Below, in pieces: positions 63,691 through 64,000 of a stretch of 64,000 nucleotides of DNA; position 1 is the first letter of the stretch; each line of letters opens with the position of its first letter. Origin of the DNA: an uncultured bacterium (GTDB lineage: Bacteria; Planctomycetota; UBA1135; GCA-002686595); NCBI GenBank assembly GCA_943787795.1, contig CALSNU010000003.1:160001-224000 (forward strand), written 5' to 3'. Made by a program: the position numbers and the translations under genes. Below the pieces are notes generated by a model that worked only from the letters and a program-made list of their open reading frames with translations, made no database searches and was not told where the DNA came from.

Positions 63691-64000
63691 ACGCTCGCGG
63701 TCTCCGTCTTCTTTTCGCTGTCGTCCACGGCCTTGAGGAAGACCTCCTCGAGGGTCGACCGGACGGGGTCAATAGAGGAGAGGTCGACCTGTTCTCGGGC
63801 AGCGATGCCGCAGATCTCATCGGCGTCCTCCACGCTCTGGGGCAGCGTGATGATGAGCGCCCCGCTCTCGTCGGTGGAGACGTCGTAGGAGGCTGCCTCG
63901 AGGGCTGTCAGGAGGCGGCTGGCGTTTCCTTCGGTTCCGACCCGCAGGCGCCTGGACTCCGCGGCGGTGAGCTCCGCGATGGAGCCCTGGAGGATGGCCT
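63687..64000 (-). CDS. 3' end of an ABC transporter ATP-binding protein (truncated by the window edge)
   Basis: Reads ...ILQGSIAEL...STLEEVFLKAV...SV*, a typical ABC ATPase C-terminus; ATGA overlap with the permease start. Confidence 0.7.
   Translation of the reverse strand, partial: AILQGSIAELTAAESRRLRVGTEGNASRLLTALEAASYDVSTDESGALIITLPQSVEDADEICGIAAREQVDLSSIDPVRSTLEEVFLKAVDDSEKKTETASV

Overview
Very GC-rich (roughly 70% by eye) bacterial chromosomal segment. I infer it comes from a Planctomycetota (OM190/Saltatorellus-Engelhardtia-like) genome, based on the ASPIC/UnbV FG-GAP protein, carboxypeptidase-regulatory-like repeat protein, sulfatases, a distinctive C-terminal domain on secreted proteins and a PGN-type EF-P. 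It holds about 50 genes. Housekeeping genes: malic enzyme, purD, purQ, fur, gmhB, efp, rpoN, lpxH, cmk, rpsA, tyrS, htpG, tRNA-Pro(UGG) and tRNA-Arg(UCU). It also has two ABC operons (GldA/F/G-DUF4340 type and an ATPase-permease pair type), three glycosyltransferases, c-di-GMP/sigma54 signalling genes and many secreted or lipoprotein hypotheticals. I saw no mobile element, prophage, CRISPR array or defence island. Most interesting observations: (1) a shared 138-aa Cys-containing C-terminal domain on two unrelated secreted passengers, a candidate lineage-specific sorting signal; (2) a tandem-duplicated secretin-like protein upstream of rpoN; (3) TANNNT boxes 6-10 nt before at least nine start codons, suggesting widespread leaderless transcription; (4) short tandem arrays that re-copy gene 3' ends (stop codons, tRNA CCA) at convergent junctions; (5) EF-P with Asn at the modified-lysine position; (6) a catalytically degenerate, I-site-positive GGDEF protein coupled to an atypical sigma54 activator; (7) a probable frameshift in the rpsA tail. 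All family calls come from motif recognition by eye; no searches were run.
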